DNA of 64,000 bases from TPA_inf: Saccharomyces (GCA_000146045.2 BK006941.2:672001-736000); one strand, 5' to 3'. Positions 34,862 through 46,892 are shown, counted from the first letter of the stretch. A program made the numbers and translations. Notes: generated from the sequence alone by a model not told the origin.

Positions 34862-34938
34862 ACGCGAAGAATACGCGTTGGTCGTTAAATTTTGTGGTAC
34901 GCGTAAAACTGCTATTTGGTATCCTCTTTAGGGACGCG
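34862..34938. promoter_or_regulatory. Cluster of MluI cell-cycle box (MCB, ACGCGT/ACGCGN) elements in the CLB6 promoter
   Basis: ACGCGA lies at 34862-34867. ACGCGT lies at 34873-34878 and again at 34899-34904. GACGCGCC lies at about 34933-34938. All are 360-440 bp upstream of the CLB6 ATG. Confidence 0.7.
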
Positions 34939-35107
34939 CCCATTGTCTATACGGTAATATAGGGCTTTCTTCATTACCTGCTTGCGTCAATTAGCTTTAC
35001 TCATGTAACACATAATAACCTCTTACATTGTAATGAGGCCCAAAAAAAAAAAAAGAACATCTTCAAAAAAAAAAAACTTTCATGGAAGGACCACCTAGTT
35101 AATAAAA

Positions 35108-35179
35108 AGCTCGCACTCAGGATCGAACTAAGGACCAACAGATTTGCAATCTGCTGCGCTACCACTGCGCCATACGAGC
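35108..35179 (-). tRNA. tC(GCA)G: tRNA-Cys (anticodon GCA)
   Basis: The reverse complement is GCTCGTATGGCGCAGTGGTAGCGCAGCAGATTGCAAATCTGTTGGTCCTTAGTTCGATCCTGAGTGCGAGCT, with anticodon GCA in the loop …GATTGCAAATC…. Confidence 0.88.
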
Positions 35180-35194
35180 TTGATTTTCTGAAAG

Positions 35195-35534
35195 TGTTGT
35201 ATCTCAAAATGAGATATGTCAGTATGACAATACGTCACCCTGAACGTTCATAAAACACATATGAAACAACCTTATAACAAAACGAACAACATGAGACAAA
35301 ACCCGACCTTCCCTAGCTGAACTACCCAAAGTATAAATGCCTGAACAATTAGTTTAGATCCGAGATTCCGCGCTTCCACCACTTAGTATGATTCATATTT
35401 TATATAATATATAAGATAAGTAACATTCCGTGAATTAATCTGATAAACTGTTTTGACAACTGGTTACTTCCCTAAGACTGTTTATATTAGGATTGTCAAG
35501 ACACTCCGGTATTACTCGAGCCCGTAATACAACA
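35195..35534 (+). repeat. Ty3 5' sigma LTR
   Basis: See the Ty3 element entry. Ends are TGTTGT…ACAACA. Confidence 0.95.
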
Positions 35535-35609
35535 CCTGGTAGCGTTAAAGGTTACTAATTGTTCAAACGAACCATCGAAAAGCCGAACCTAGCTACACCA
35601 CACCCCAGT

Positions 35610-36482
35610 ATGAGCTTTATGGATCAAATCCCAGGAGGAGGAAATTATCCAAAACTCCCAGTAGAATGCCTTCCTAACTTCCCGATCCAACCATCTTTGA
35701 CCTTCAGAGGTAGAAATGACTCGCATAAACTGAAAAACTTTATCTCCGAAATAATGTTAAACATGTCTATGATATCTTGGCCGAATGATGCCAGTCGTAT
35801 TGTGTACTGCAGAAGACATTTATTAAACCCCGCTGCTCAGTGGGCTAATGACTTTGTACAAGAACAAGGTATACTTGAAATAACATTCGACACATTCATA
35901 CAAGGATTATATCAGCATTTCTATAAGCCACCAGATATCAATAAAATCTTTAATGCAATCACGCAACTTTCCGAAGCTAAACTTGGTATTGAGCGTCTCA
36001 ACCAACGATTCAGAAAGATTTGGGACAGAATGCCACCAGACTTCATGACCGAAAAAGCTGCCATAATGACATATACTAGGCTATTGACAAAGGAAACCTA
36101 TAATATTGTCAGAATGCACAAACCAGAGACATTAAAAGACGCCATGGAAGAGGCTTACCAGACAACTGCACTAACTGAAAGATTCTTCCCAGGATTCGAA
36201 CTTGATGCTGATGGAGACACTATCATCGGTGCCACAACCCACTTACAAGAAGAATACGACTCTGACTATGATTCAGAAGATAATCTGACCCAGAATGGAT
36301 ACGTCCATACCGTAAGGACAAGAAGATCTTACAATAAACCAATGTCAAATCATCGAAACAGGAGAAATAACAACCCATCTAGAGAAGAATGTATAAAAAA
36401 TCGGCTATGCTTCTATTGTAAGAAAGAGGGACATCGCCTGAACGAATGTAGAGCACGTAAGGCGAGTTCTAACCGATCTTGA
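35610..36482 (+). CDS. GAG3: Ty3 Gag (capsid-nucleocapsid) with CCHC zinc knuckle
   Basis: The 290-aa protein starts at MSFMDQIPGG. The zinc knuckle is CFYCKKEGHRLNEC. The track ORF starts at an upstream in-frame Met at 35559. Confidence 0.9.
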   Translation: MSFMDQIPGGGNYPKLPVECLPNFPIQPSLTFRGRNDSHKLKNFISEIMLNMSMISWPNDASRIVYCRRHLLNPAAQWANDFVQEQGILEITFDTFIQGLYQHFYKPPDINKIFNAITQLSEAKLGIERLNQRFRKIWDRMPPDFMTEKAAIMTYTRLLTKETYNIVRMHKPETLKDAMEEAYQTTALTERFFPGFELDADGDTIIGATTHLQEEYDSDYDSEDNLTQNGYVHTVRTRRSYNKPMSNHRNRRNNNPSREECIKNRLCFYCKKEGHRLNECRARKASSNRS

Positions 36483-39400
36483 ACTCGAATCAAAAGACCA
36501 ACAAACTCCTTTTATCAAAACCTTACCAATTGTACACTATATCGCCATCCCCGAGATGGACAATACCGCCGAAAAAACCATAAAAATACAAAACACGAAA
36601 GTAAAAACCCTGTTTGACAGTGGATCACCCACGTCATTTATCCGAAGAGATATTGTAGAACTTCTCAAATACGAAATCTACGAGACCCCTCCACTCCGTT
36701 TTAGAGGATTCGTAGCCACCAAATCCGCCGTTACATCCGAAGCAGTCACCATTGACCTCAAAATCAATGACCTGCATATAACTTTAGCCGCGTACATACT
36801 GGATAACATGGACTACCAATTGTTAATTGGAAATCCAATCTTACGCCGCTACCCGAAAATCCTGCACACAGTACTGAATACCAGAGAGAGCCCCGACTCC
36901 TTAAAGCCCAAGACTTATCGCTCCGAAACCGTTAATAACGTTAGAACCTACTCCGCTGGTAATCGTGGTAACCCCAGAAACATAAAACTGTCTTTTGCCC
37001 CCACCATTCTCGAAGCAACTGACCCGAAATCCGCTGGTAATCGTGGTGACTCCAGAACCAAAACCCTGTCTCTTGCAACCACTACTCCTGCAGCAATTGA
37101 CCCGCTTACGACCCTTGATAACCCAGGTAGTACTCAAAGTACATTTGCGCAATTCCCGATACCTGAAGAAGCGAGCATCCTAGAAGAGGATGGAAAATAC
37201 TCCAACGTTGTCTCAACCATTCAGAGTGTAGAACCTAATGCTACTGATCACAGCAATAAGGACACCTTTTGCACTTTGCCAGTTTGGTTACAACAGAAGT
37301 ATAGAGAGATCATACGTAATGATCTCCCACCAAGACCTGCCGACATTAATAACATCCCCGTAAAACATGATATTGAAATTAAACCTGGCGCAAGACTACC
37401 TCGACTACAGCCATACCATGTTACAGAAAAGAACGAACAAGAAATCAACAAAATAGTTCAAAAACTGCTCGATAACAAGTTCATTGTTCCCTCAAAGTCG
37501 CCTTGCAGCTCCCCTGTAGTCCTCGTCCCGAAGAAAGACGGTACCTTCCGACTCTGCGTCGATTACCGCACCCTGAACAAAGCTACCATCTCCGACCCAT
37601 TCCCATTACCCAGAATCGACAACCTATTGAGCCGTATTGGAAATGCCCAGATATTTACCACGCTAGATTTGCATAGTGGTTACCACCAGATCCCGATGGA
37701 ACCCAAAGACCGCTACAAAACCGCCTTTGTCACACCATCCGGTAAGTATGAATATACCGTCATGCCATTTGGCTTAGTCAATGCACCTAGTACATTCGCA
37801 AGATACATGGCTGATACATTTAGAGACCTGAGATTCGTCAATGTTTACCTTGATGATATATTAATATTCTCCGAATCTCCAGAAGAACATTGGAAACATT
37901 TAGACACGGTACTAGAAAGATTAAAGAACGAGAACCTCATTGTTAAGAAGAAAAAATGTAAATTTGCATCTGAAGAAACTGAGTTTTTAGGCTATAGTAT
38001 TGGAATCCAGAAAATAGCTCCACTACAGCACAAATGTGCAGCAATCCGAGACTTTCCGACGCCTAAAACAGTAAAACAAGCACAGAGATTTTTAGGAATG
38101 ATTAATTACTACAGACGATTCATTCCAAATTGCTCCAAGATTGCACAGCCAATCCAACTGTTTATTTGTGACAAAAGTCAATGGACAGAAAAACAAGACA
38201 AGGCAATTGATAAACTAAAAGACGCCTTGTGTAACTCCCCCGTCCTAGTACCATTCAACAACAAAGCAAACTACCGACTTACAACAGACGCCTCAAAAGA
38301 CGGCATTGGTGCTGTTCTAGAAGAAGTCGACAACAAGAACAAACTTGTTGGTGTCGTCGGTTACTTCTCTAAATCCTTAGAGAGTGCCCAGAAAAACTAT
38401 CCTGCTGGCGAATTAGAACTACTTGGAATTATCAAAGCACTCCACCACTTCCGATATATGCTTCACGGAAAGCATTTCACGTTAAGAACAGACCACATTA
38501 GTTTGTTATCATTACAAAACAAGAACGAACCCGCACGACGCGTGCAACGCTGGTTAGATGACCTAGCCACATATGACTTCACCTTAGAATACCTAGCTGG
38601 ACCCAAGAACGTTGTCGCAGATGCCATATCCCGTGCCGTATATACTATAACCCCCGAAACATCCCGACCTATCGACACAGAAAGCTGGAAATCTTACTAC
38701 AAATCAGACCCATTATGTAGTGCTGTCTTAATTCATATGAAAGAATTGACACAACACAACGTCACACCTGAAGATATGTCAGCCTTCCGTAGTTACCAGA
38801 AGAAACTCGAACTATCAGAGACCTTCCGAAAGAATTATTCCCTAGAAGACGAAATGATCTATTACCAAGACCGACTAGTAGTACCAATAAAACAACAGAA
38901 CGCAGTTATGAGACTATATCATGACCATACCTTATTTGGAGGACATTTTGGTGTAACAGTGACCCTTGCGAAAATCAGCCCAATTTACTATTGGCCAAAA
39001 TTACAACATTCGATCATACAATACATCAGGACCTGCGTACAATGTCAACTAATAAAATCACACCGACCACGCTTACATGGACTATTACAACCACTCCCTA
39101 TAGCAGAAGGAAGATGGCTTGATATATCAATGGATTTTGTGACAGGATTACCCCCGACATCAAATAACTTGAATATGATCCTCGTCGTAGTTGATCGTTT
39201 TTCGAAACGCGCTCACTTCATAGCTACAAGGAAAACCTTAGACGCAACACAACTAATAGATCTACTCTTTCGATACATTTTTTCATATCATGGTTTTCCC
39301 AGGACAATAACCAGTGATAGAGATGTCCGTATGACCGCCGACAAATATCAAGAACTCACGAAAAGACTAGGAATAAAATCGACAATGTCTTCCGCGAACC

Positions 39401-40254
39401 ACCCCCAAACAGATGGACAATCCGAACGAACGATACAGACATTAAACAGGTTACTAAGAGCCTATGCTTCAACCAATATTCAGAATTGGCATGTATATTT
39501 ACCACAAATCGAATTTGTTTACAATTCTACACCTACTAGAACACTTGGAAAATCACCATTTGAAATTGATTTAGGATATTTACCGAATACCCCTGCTATT
39601 AAGTCAGATGACGAAGTCAACGCAAGAAGTTTTACTGCCGTAGAACTTGCCAAACACCTCAAAGCCCTTACCATCCAAACGAAGGAACAGCTAGAACACG
39701 CTCAAATCGAAATGGAAACTAATAACAATCAAAGACGTAAACCCTTATTGTTAAACATAGGAGATCACGTATTAGTGCATAGAGATGCATACTTCAAGAA
39801 AGGTGCTTATATGAAAGTACAACAAATATACGTCGGACCATTTCGAGTTGTCAAGAAAATAAACGATAACGCCTACGAACTAGATTTAAACTCTCACAAG
39901 AAAAAGCACAGAGTTATTAATGTACAATTCCTGAAAAAGTTTGTATACCGTCCAGACGCGTACCCAAAGAATAAACCAATCAGCTCCACTGAAAGAATTA
40001 AGAGAGCACACGAAGTTACTGCACTCATAGGAATAGATACTACACACAAAACTTACTTATGTCACATGCAAGATGTAGACCCAACACTTTCAGTAGAATA
40101 CTCAGAAGCTGAATTTTGCCAAATTCCCGAAAGAACACGAAGATCAATATTAGCCAACTTTAGACAACTCTACGAAACACAAGACAACCCTGAGAGAGAG
40201 GAAGATGTTGTATCTCAAAATGAGATATGTCAGTATGACAATACGTCACCCTGA
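36462..40254 (+). CDS. POL3: Ty3 Pol (protease, reverse transcriptase, RNase H, integrase), expressed as a Gag-Pol fusion by +1 ribosomal frameshift
   Basis: The +1-frame ORF overlaps the GAG3 end. The frameshift heptamer GCGAGTT lies at 36462-36468. The protease DSGS motif is at LFDSGSPTS. RT motifs are at …FTTLDLHSGYHQIPM… and YLDDILIF. The integrase has an HHCC finger (HDHTLFGGH…CVQCQ) and DD35E residues. The start coordinate given is the frameshift site, not an ATG. Confidence 0.88.
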
Positions 40255-40545
40255 ACGTTCATAAAACACATATGAAACAACCTTATAACAAAACGAACAA
40301 CATGAGACAAAACCCGACCTTCCCTAGCTGAACTACCCAAAGTATAAATGCCTGAACAATTAGTTTAGATCCGAGATTCCGCGCTTCCACCACTTAGTAT
40401 GATTCATATTTTATATAATATATAAGATAAGTAACATTCCGTGAATTAATCTGATAAACTGTTTTGACAACTGGTTACTTCCCTAAGACTGTTTATATTA
40501 GGATTGTCAAGACACTCCGGTATTACTCGAGCCCGTAATACAACA
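40206..40545 (+). repeat. Ty3 3' sigma LTR
   Basis: Same sequence as the 5' LTR. Confidence 0.95.
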
Positions 40546-41708
40546 GAAAGTTCCATTTTGGATGCTCTATTTATGGGAATATGACTATACGAATGTCACC
40601 CACGATGGCCGGAGTAGCTGTGATGAGCATCTTTTTGTCCTGGGCGGCTTAAAACGTGAGCAAAATTGTACTGTAAATTACTTACGTTATCAATGGAAGT
40701 GTGTGAATTTCGTGATAAAATTATTGTCAGAATAGTGACTTCATTATTCTTTATAACTAACCATTAGGATCATATAAGTAATCAGATGCAGTTCGTCATT
40801 AATATGTCAGGATGGATAACCATAGGTAAGCACGTGATTATGGAAGGACAGTAAAGTTACCGATCTACTTTTTTGAATGATCAACTTGGTGTTTTCATCT
40901 ATAAGGATATGGGTCGTTACATTGAAACTATAGTAAAAGATCTCGTTATTGGTATATCGGTCATAATGAAGATGAAATAGTCGGTATGTATTTTTATACC
41001 CCCCCCTATATGGTAAAAAGGTTAAGATTCATATTTAAATCTTCATTAATACCACCTCTAATTTCTAATTACCAACATTTTTAACTCCACTTTTATTATA
41101 TGCTATATACAACATTATGTAAAAGGAGTATACCAAAAATTCTCCTTCATAATATAGGAATTCACAAAATGGAACCGATATCTCCGCATAATGCTATTAT
41201 CATTTCTTACTCGTTTTATACATTGTCATTCATTATCTTATTGCATTTGCAATCCTTGTTTTCCGGCTTCTGTGAAATTTGACGACTGATTCTCAATTTT
41301 ATGTCATCTTTTTACACTTATATATGACAATATACTAGTAGTATGAAGACTAATCAACGGAGGTTATTTGATTTCTATTCTAACTTATTTGAACATATAT
41401 AATTTGTAAATTTTATGCAGATTAGACTTGGGAGTTATCACAACATTTTGTCAGTGTTTAGCCTCTTTCACCTTTGCCTTTTTCAGCCTTTTTTGTGTAA
41501 ATTGATGGTGTAGTTTGTTTCTGAAAGGGCTCTTTTTATTTTTTTCGCTTCCGCCGTTCGTTATTGGATAATCCCCGAAATATGCTAGAGTGGCTGATAC
41601 ATTATAGAACATAAAAGTGAGCTGCAATGAGCACTCAAGCACGTTATTGACAAGGATAACGGAAAGGTACACTAATACTTATACTGATTAATAAGGGTTA
41701 GCCTTTTA

Positions 41709-43046
41709 ATGTTCAAGTCAACTTTAAACTCCATAATAAGAAGACCCTTGAAAGGTTTTCAACTTCTTAGAGGGGCTGACTCATCGAATACACGGCCACA
41801 GTCCCCTAGAGCCTCCGCAAGAGATGTTACAGAGAAACAGATATTAAGAACTCCGTCAGCACCAACTGCAATACCATTAAGGGAGATTATCTATAGAGTC
41901 CCAAGCTTGTTTCCTCGCCCTTTAGAAGATTCTGTTAAGGACTTCCGAGATTTTATCAAGAACGAGGATGCATTCCAGACTGAACTTTTGAAAACGCTGC
42001 CATTCTACCCCACTCCTTCGGAATCAAAAACAGCAAGACTTATAAGAACTGTTGTTGATGATGAGGGCAATTACATCAATGAATTTTGCATACGCCCTCG
42101 AAAAACCTCAGTGCCTGAGGCTGACTTAAAACATCTGGTTTTCATTCATGGGTATGGCGCCGGATTGGGTTTTTTCATCAAGAATTTTGAGGATATTCCA
42201 CTATTGGATAACGAGTGGTGCATACATGCCATCGATTTGCCTGGGTATGGTTTTTCTTCAAGACCTAAGTTTCCGTTCGAGTATCCGAGAGATAATATTC
42301 ACAGCGTTCAAGATTGGTTTCACGAAAGAATACACACATGGTTTAGTAAAAGAAATCTTTTGAACCGACCTGAGAAAAACATTGTTATGGCACATTCTTT
42401 AGGGTCTTACTTGATGGCTTTATATTTGCAAAAATATAAGGAATCTCCATCTTTTAAAAAGCTGATCCTTTGTTCCCCAGCAGGCGTGTCTTATAGAGAT
42501 TTCAACAATACTGCTTCAGAGGTTGAAAAATGGAAACCGCCTCCTTGGTGGTATGTCAAGCTTTGGGACAGAAATATCTCGCCTTTTACACTAGTAAGAA
42601 ATTTTCGCCAGTTAGGTTCGAAGATTACAAGTGGATGGTCATATCGGCGCTTTAAGCACATTTTGAATGGTGATCCAGAACAGTCAAAACGGTTTGAAGC
42701 CTTGCATAGATACGCATATGCTATTTTCAATAAACGTGGTTCAGGTGAATACTTATTAAGCTTTGCTTTGAAATGTGGTGGTGAACCAAGACTATCATTG
42801 GAGCAGCAGCTATTCGATGGCAAAAAGTCTGATATTTTAAAGAATAGTAATTGTGACTGGCTTTGGCTTTATGGCGATGACGATTGGATGGATGTGAATG
42901 GTGGACTTAGAGTATCAAGATTCTTGAAAGAGAAGTTGAAACAAAAAAGTAACGTCATCATTGTTCCTCATTCAGGGCATCACTTGTACCTGGATAACTA
43001 TAAGTTTTTCAATAATATTCTTACGAAAGAAATGCAAAAAATATAA
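41709..43046 (+). CDS. CLD1: Mitochondrial cardiolipin-specific deacylase (alpha/beta hydrolase)
   Basis: The ORF is 445 aa with a GxSxG lipase motif (AHSLGSY) and an HGYGAG oxyanion region. Confidence 0.85.
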
Positions 43047-43827
43047 TGAAGAAATCTTGTGCATCTACATTATATAACGAAATTTTTACATACATTTTCG
43101 CCGCTATTTTTCTTCTTATCTCAAAATGAAATTACCGTTTGCAATCAACACCGGTCGCTGTTTTATTTTGTTCATAATAATAATTTAGATACAGCATGAA
43201 CTGTATATTAAAGTCAACGATTTCAACAATTCATTTCTGTGTAACTATTTTTCCAATAGAACCACTGTCTTTATGGAGTAGTTGGGCTCTATAAAAATTA
43301 TTTAGTTCCAAAGTTTGTTTATATTTTGTTTCTATAATAATGTATTGAAGATATAAACAAACATAATTTTACTGTTAACATTTAGGCGCAACAAAAGGAC
43401 GATCTTTTTTTATTTATCACAAGTTAAAGATTTTCGATACAAATAATATTGTGGTTTAAGGTACGTCCAACTCTACTTAAATCACTGAATCCTTCAGATA
43501 ACGAAATTACGAATAATATCTACTCTGTTTCTCCTTGTCTTTGTTCTTTCTTGCAGCCAGCCAAGCCCATTCGGGATCAGAGATTCAAATATCCCTGACG
43601 GCTGGTTCTGGATTAAGTTGATTTTGTGGAACTTCTGTCTTCACAATTATATTGTTACCCACTTAATGCTTCTCGGGGGTTAGAAACACTAGCACTTGAA
43701 AGAACATGAAAAATTGAAAAAAAAAAAAAACAATGCACAATAAATTCCAGGGGTTAGCGACTTTATACTTCTTCTGTTAGCTACTGTAGTGTTCTGTACA
43801 CATATTCACTTGTAGAAGTTGATTAGA

Positions 43828-45030
43828 ATGACAGCCTCATCAAATGACGATGACCTAATATTCGAATGTTATAGCGATCCTGAGTTAAAAAGATGGACAC
43901 ACCTTGCTAATGCAAAAGCTTGGAAAGGTATTCTGACCGTGCAGCAGTACGCTGATAGGGAACAATTGCTAGGGTCTTCAGAGATTTCTCAAAAGAATAA
44001 ATCAAATGAAATGATGACAAAATACCCAAAAAGTTACCAGTGGCTTGGGCAGAAGTACTTTGTTTTAAAGGATCGATCTTTGCCAGATAATGGAAAATTT
44101 AGTCAAGTTGTTTCCAGTTGCGAAACTTTAAACAGGATTGGATATTGTATTCATCCGGGTTCTAATGGAAAAATCGAGCCAGCTTTGATTGTATGCATTG
44201 GGGGCGTCTTTACCTTTGAAAACCATCGCGGCAAGGGCTACGCCAAGAAGATGATTATCAAACTGAATGAATTTTATGACAAGATTCGTGATGACGCTAA
44301 CACCGTACTAGAATTGAAAAATTTGGTGATTAACCTTTACAGCGAAGTCGGAGAATATTATTCCGCATTAGGATACGAGAGTATGCATGTTCCCTTGCAC
44401 CGCATTTCTAAATTAGATGAACTTACTGAGAGATACTGTGGAGAAGATGATGACCATGATGGTAAGTACTTGGGATTTGATGATTACAGGGGTTTAGTAG
44501 GACTACATGAGACACAGTTCAAAGAAAGCTTATTAAGTTTACACAAAGAAAACCCAGAGAAGTTTGTTTTTACCGTTGCGCCAGACTTTGACATTTTCAC
44601 ATGGTTTCAGTATCGTGATCTTTTTATCATGAATAAATCAGGAAGAAAAGCCCAGCAAAATCTGTTTTTTGGATACGCGTTGAGTGATAACAGCCACATC
44701 ATATGGCATCACAATTGGAACGGTGATTCTCTGATTATTGTCAAAATCCATATACCTGAAGAAACATTTCAAAGGAAAGAATTGAAGCTCAAAAAATTAC
44801 TAAGGAAGGCCATAGAAGAGACAAAGCTTCATGGATTGCAAGAATTAGAATTTTGGGACGAAGAAATTCCCATCAAAAAGTACCCACAATTGTTTCAGTT
44901 ATTAACAGAGCTTGAAAATGAATCTAAAGTTTTCTCAGAAAACGGTTCCATCAGTGCTGTTCGTCCCCCCAAAGGATATACAGCCGAGCAGGTAATTTGG
45001 GATAACAATACCAAATTCTGTTGGTTTTAA
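43828..45030 (+). CDS. Uncharacterised protein (YGR111W)
   Basis: The ORF is 400 aa from MTASSNDDD. No domain is recognisable by eye. The track ORF starts 3 codons upstream. Confidence 0.7.
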   Translation: MTASSNDDDLIFECYSDPELKRWTHLANAKAWKGILTVQQYADREQLLGSSEISQKNKSNEMMTKYPKSYQWLGQKYFVLKDRSLPDNGKFSQVVSSCETLNRIGYCIHPGSNGKIEPALIVCIGGVFTFENHRGKGYAKKMIIKLNEFYDKIRDDANTVLELKNLVINLYSEVGEYYSALGYESMHVPLHRISKLDELTERYCGEDDDHDGKYLGFDDYRGLVGLHETQFKESLLSLHKENPEKFVFTVAPDFDIFTWFQYRDLFIMNKSGRKAQQNLFFGYALSDNSHIIWHHNWNGDSLIIVKIHIPEETFQRKELKLKKLLRKAIEETKLHGLQELEFWDEEIPIKKYPQLFQLLTELENESKVFSENGSISAVRPPKGYTAEQVIWDNNTKFCWF

Positions 45031-45357
45031 GTCAAATATTGTGTTGCTTATACAGGAAAAGTCAAGGTTTCAAACTACATATCATTATTTACTGTTAAAA
45101 TTCACATATACTAATACATACGGTAATAGATTGAACCTCTTCTGTGCTCTTCTCTAAAAGTACTTCTGAACGTATGTGTCATTTTTCCTTTCAGTTTTCT
45201 TTGTAGCTCGCATTGATGTAGCCGAGTATATTTAAGGGATTCTTATGCAATGATGAAATATTTTTCACCTATAACGCCGACTACTGAAAACAGAGGGCCA
45301 TCTTAACCGTTTTGCATTCAGTAACCCATACTCAGGATTTAATAAAAGAGGAAAGCA

Positions 45358-46527
45358 ATGTCTCTACTAGGCGCCAGGTCCACTTACCGTTGGTTTTCAA
45401 TCGCTGCATCAATTCCGACTAAGAATGCTATTGGCAAATCCACGTACCTCTTAGCTTCAAGAAATCAACAGTACCGAGGCATCATAACGTCAACTGTAGA
45501 CTGGAAACCAATCAAGACAGGTAAGAGCCCAAATGATGATTCTCGAAGAGAAAGATCCTTTGGCAAGAAAATTGTTCTGGGTCTGATGTTCGCGATGCCA
45601 ATAATATCCTTCTATTTGGGAACTTGGCAAGTAAGGAGATTGAAGTGGAAAACCAAGCTGATTGCGGCATGCGAAACTAAACTTACTTATGAACCAATAC
45701 CACTTCCTAAGTCATTTACACCTGACATGTGCGAGGATTGGGAATACCGTAAAGTTATACTTACCGGACACTTCCTTCACAATGAAGAGATGTTTGTTGG
45801 TCCAAGAAAGAAAAATGGAGAAAAGGGTTATTTTCTGTTTACACCGTTCATTAGAGATGACACCGGTGAGAAAGTTCTGATAGAAAGAGGGTGGATAAGT
45901 GAAGAAAAAGTTGCTCCTGACTCAAGAAATTTACACCATTTGTCGTTGCCTCAAGAAGAACACTTGAAAGTGGTTTGCTTAGTAAGACCTCCAAAGAAAA
46001 GAGGCTCGCTACAATGGGCGAAAAAGGATCCAAATTCTAGATTGTGGCAGGTGCCAGACATATATGACATGGCAAGATCATCAGGGTGCACGCCCATTCA
46101 ATTTCAAGCCTTGTATGACATGAAGGACCATCCAATAATCGAGGAACACACAAGAAACGAGGCTTCACAAAACAATTCCACCTCTAGCCTGTGGAAGTTC
46201 TGGAAACGAGAACCTACGACTGCTGTAAACGGAACGCAAGCTGTTGATAATAATACATCGAAGCCTCGTTCTAGGCAGGAAATGCCGACAGACCAAACAA
46301 TTGAATTCGATGAACGACAGTTTATCAAAGCAGGTGTTCCCATAGGCCGGAAGCCCACTATTGATTTAAAGAATAACCATCTACAATATTTGGTAACGTG
46401 GTATGGCCTTTCGTTTTTGAGCACAATCTTCCTCATTGTGGCTCTTAGGAAGGCGAAAAGAGGGGGCGTTGTGTCCCAAGACCAACTAATGAAAGAGAAA
46501 CTGAAGCATTCAAGGAAATATATGTAA
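45358..46527 (+). CDS. SHY1: SURF1-family cytochrome c oxidase assembly factor
   Basis: The ORF is 389 aa with two TM segments flanking a large intermembrane-space domain. The signature …YLGTWQVRRLKWK… is present. Confidence 0.85.
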   Translation: MSLLGARSTYRWFSIAASIPTKNAIGKSTYLLASRNQQYRGIITSTVDWKPIKTGKSPNDDSRRERSFGKKIVLGLMFAMPIISFYLGTWQVRRLKWKTKLIAACETKLTYEPIPLPKSFTPDMCEDWEYRKVILTGHFLHNEEMFVGPRKKNGEKGYFLFTPFIRDDTGEKVLIERGWISEEKVAPDSRNLHHLSLPQEEHLKVVCLVRPPKKRGSLQWAKKDPNSRLWQVPDIYDMARSSGCTPIQFQALYDMKDHPIIEEHTRNEASQNNSTSSLWKFWKREPTTAVNGTQAVDNNTSKPRSRQEMPTDQTIEFDERQFIKAGVPIGRKPTIDLKNNHLQYLVTWYGLSFLSTIFLIVALRKAKRGGVVSQDQLMKEKLKHSRKYM

Positions 46528-46892
46528 ACGGCAAACTCCTCTGCCCATACTATCGAACTCTATCCAAGAAGCGCGTAATTTCACGAGCACTGCCTAAACG
46601 GTTTTCCACATTAGTTTTGCAACTACAATGATTCGGATATGGCACATTTACATAATTTAAACTTGTACATAACTAACACCTTTTTATCCATATACCTTAT
46701 GTGCCGCTCAAGATATGAACATTGCGCGTTGCCCGGACAATATCGATAAATAATAGCCAAAACAAACATGTTTTATCGACGCATGAATCCTTTGGCGTTA
46801 AACTTGTCCAATTGCACTGAAACTTGGAGCGTATAAGCTCAGCAATTGCACCAAAACAATATCAGAAAAGGCTTGTATTGCCACTTTCACCT

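Larger units (their letters stand above)
35195..40545 (+). mobile_element. Ty3-1: Full-length Ty3 (Metaviridae/gypsy) LTR retrotransposon, 5351 bp, at a tRNA-Cys Pol III start site
   Basis: There are 340-bp sigma LTRs at 35195-35534 and 40206-40545 (TGTTGTATCTCAAAATGAG…CCCGTAATACAACA) that look identical by eye. A 5-bp target-site duplication GAAAG is present at 35190-35194 and 40546-40550. A tRNAiMet-type primer-binding site (TGGTAGCG) follows the 5' LTR and a polypurine tract (GAGAGAGAGGAAGA) precedes the 3' LTR. The 5' LTR starts 15 bp from the tRNA-Cys 5' end. Confidence 0.95.

Noticed and set aside
36901-37152. 83-aa minus-strand ORF inside Ty3 POL3
   Set aside because: It lies antisense to the 78-bp tandem repeat, is of low complexity and has no independent support.
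43047-43827. Possible ARS consensus (WTTTAYRTTTW) in the CLD1 / YGR111W intergenic region
   Set aside because: Only 10 of 11 matches were found by eye (for example GTTTATATTTTG near 43317). That is not enough to call an origin without a proper position-weight-matrix scan and B-element context.
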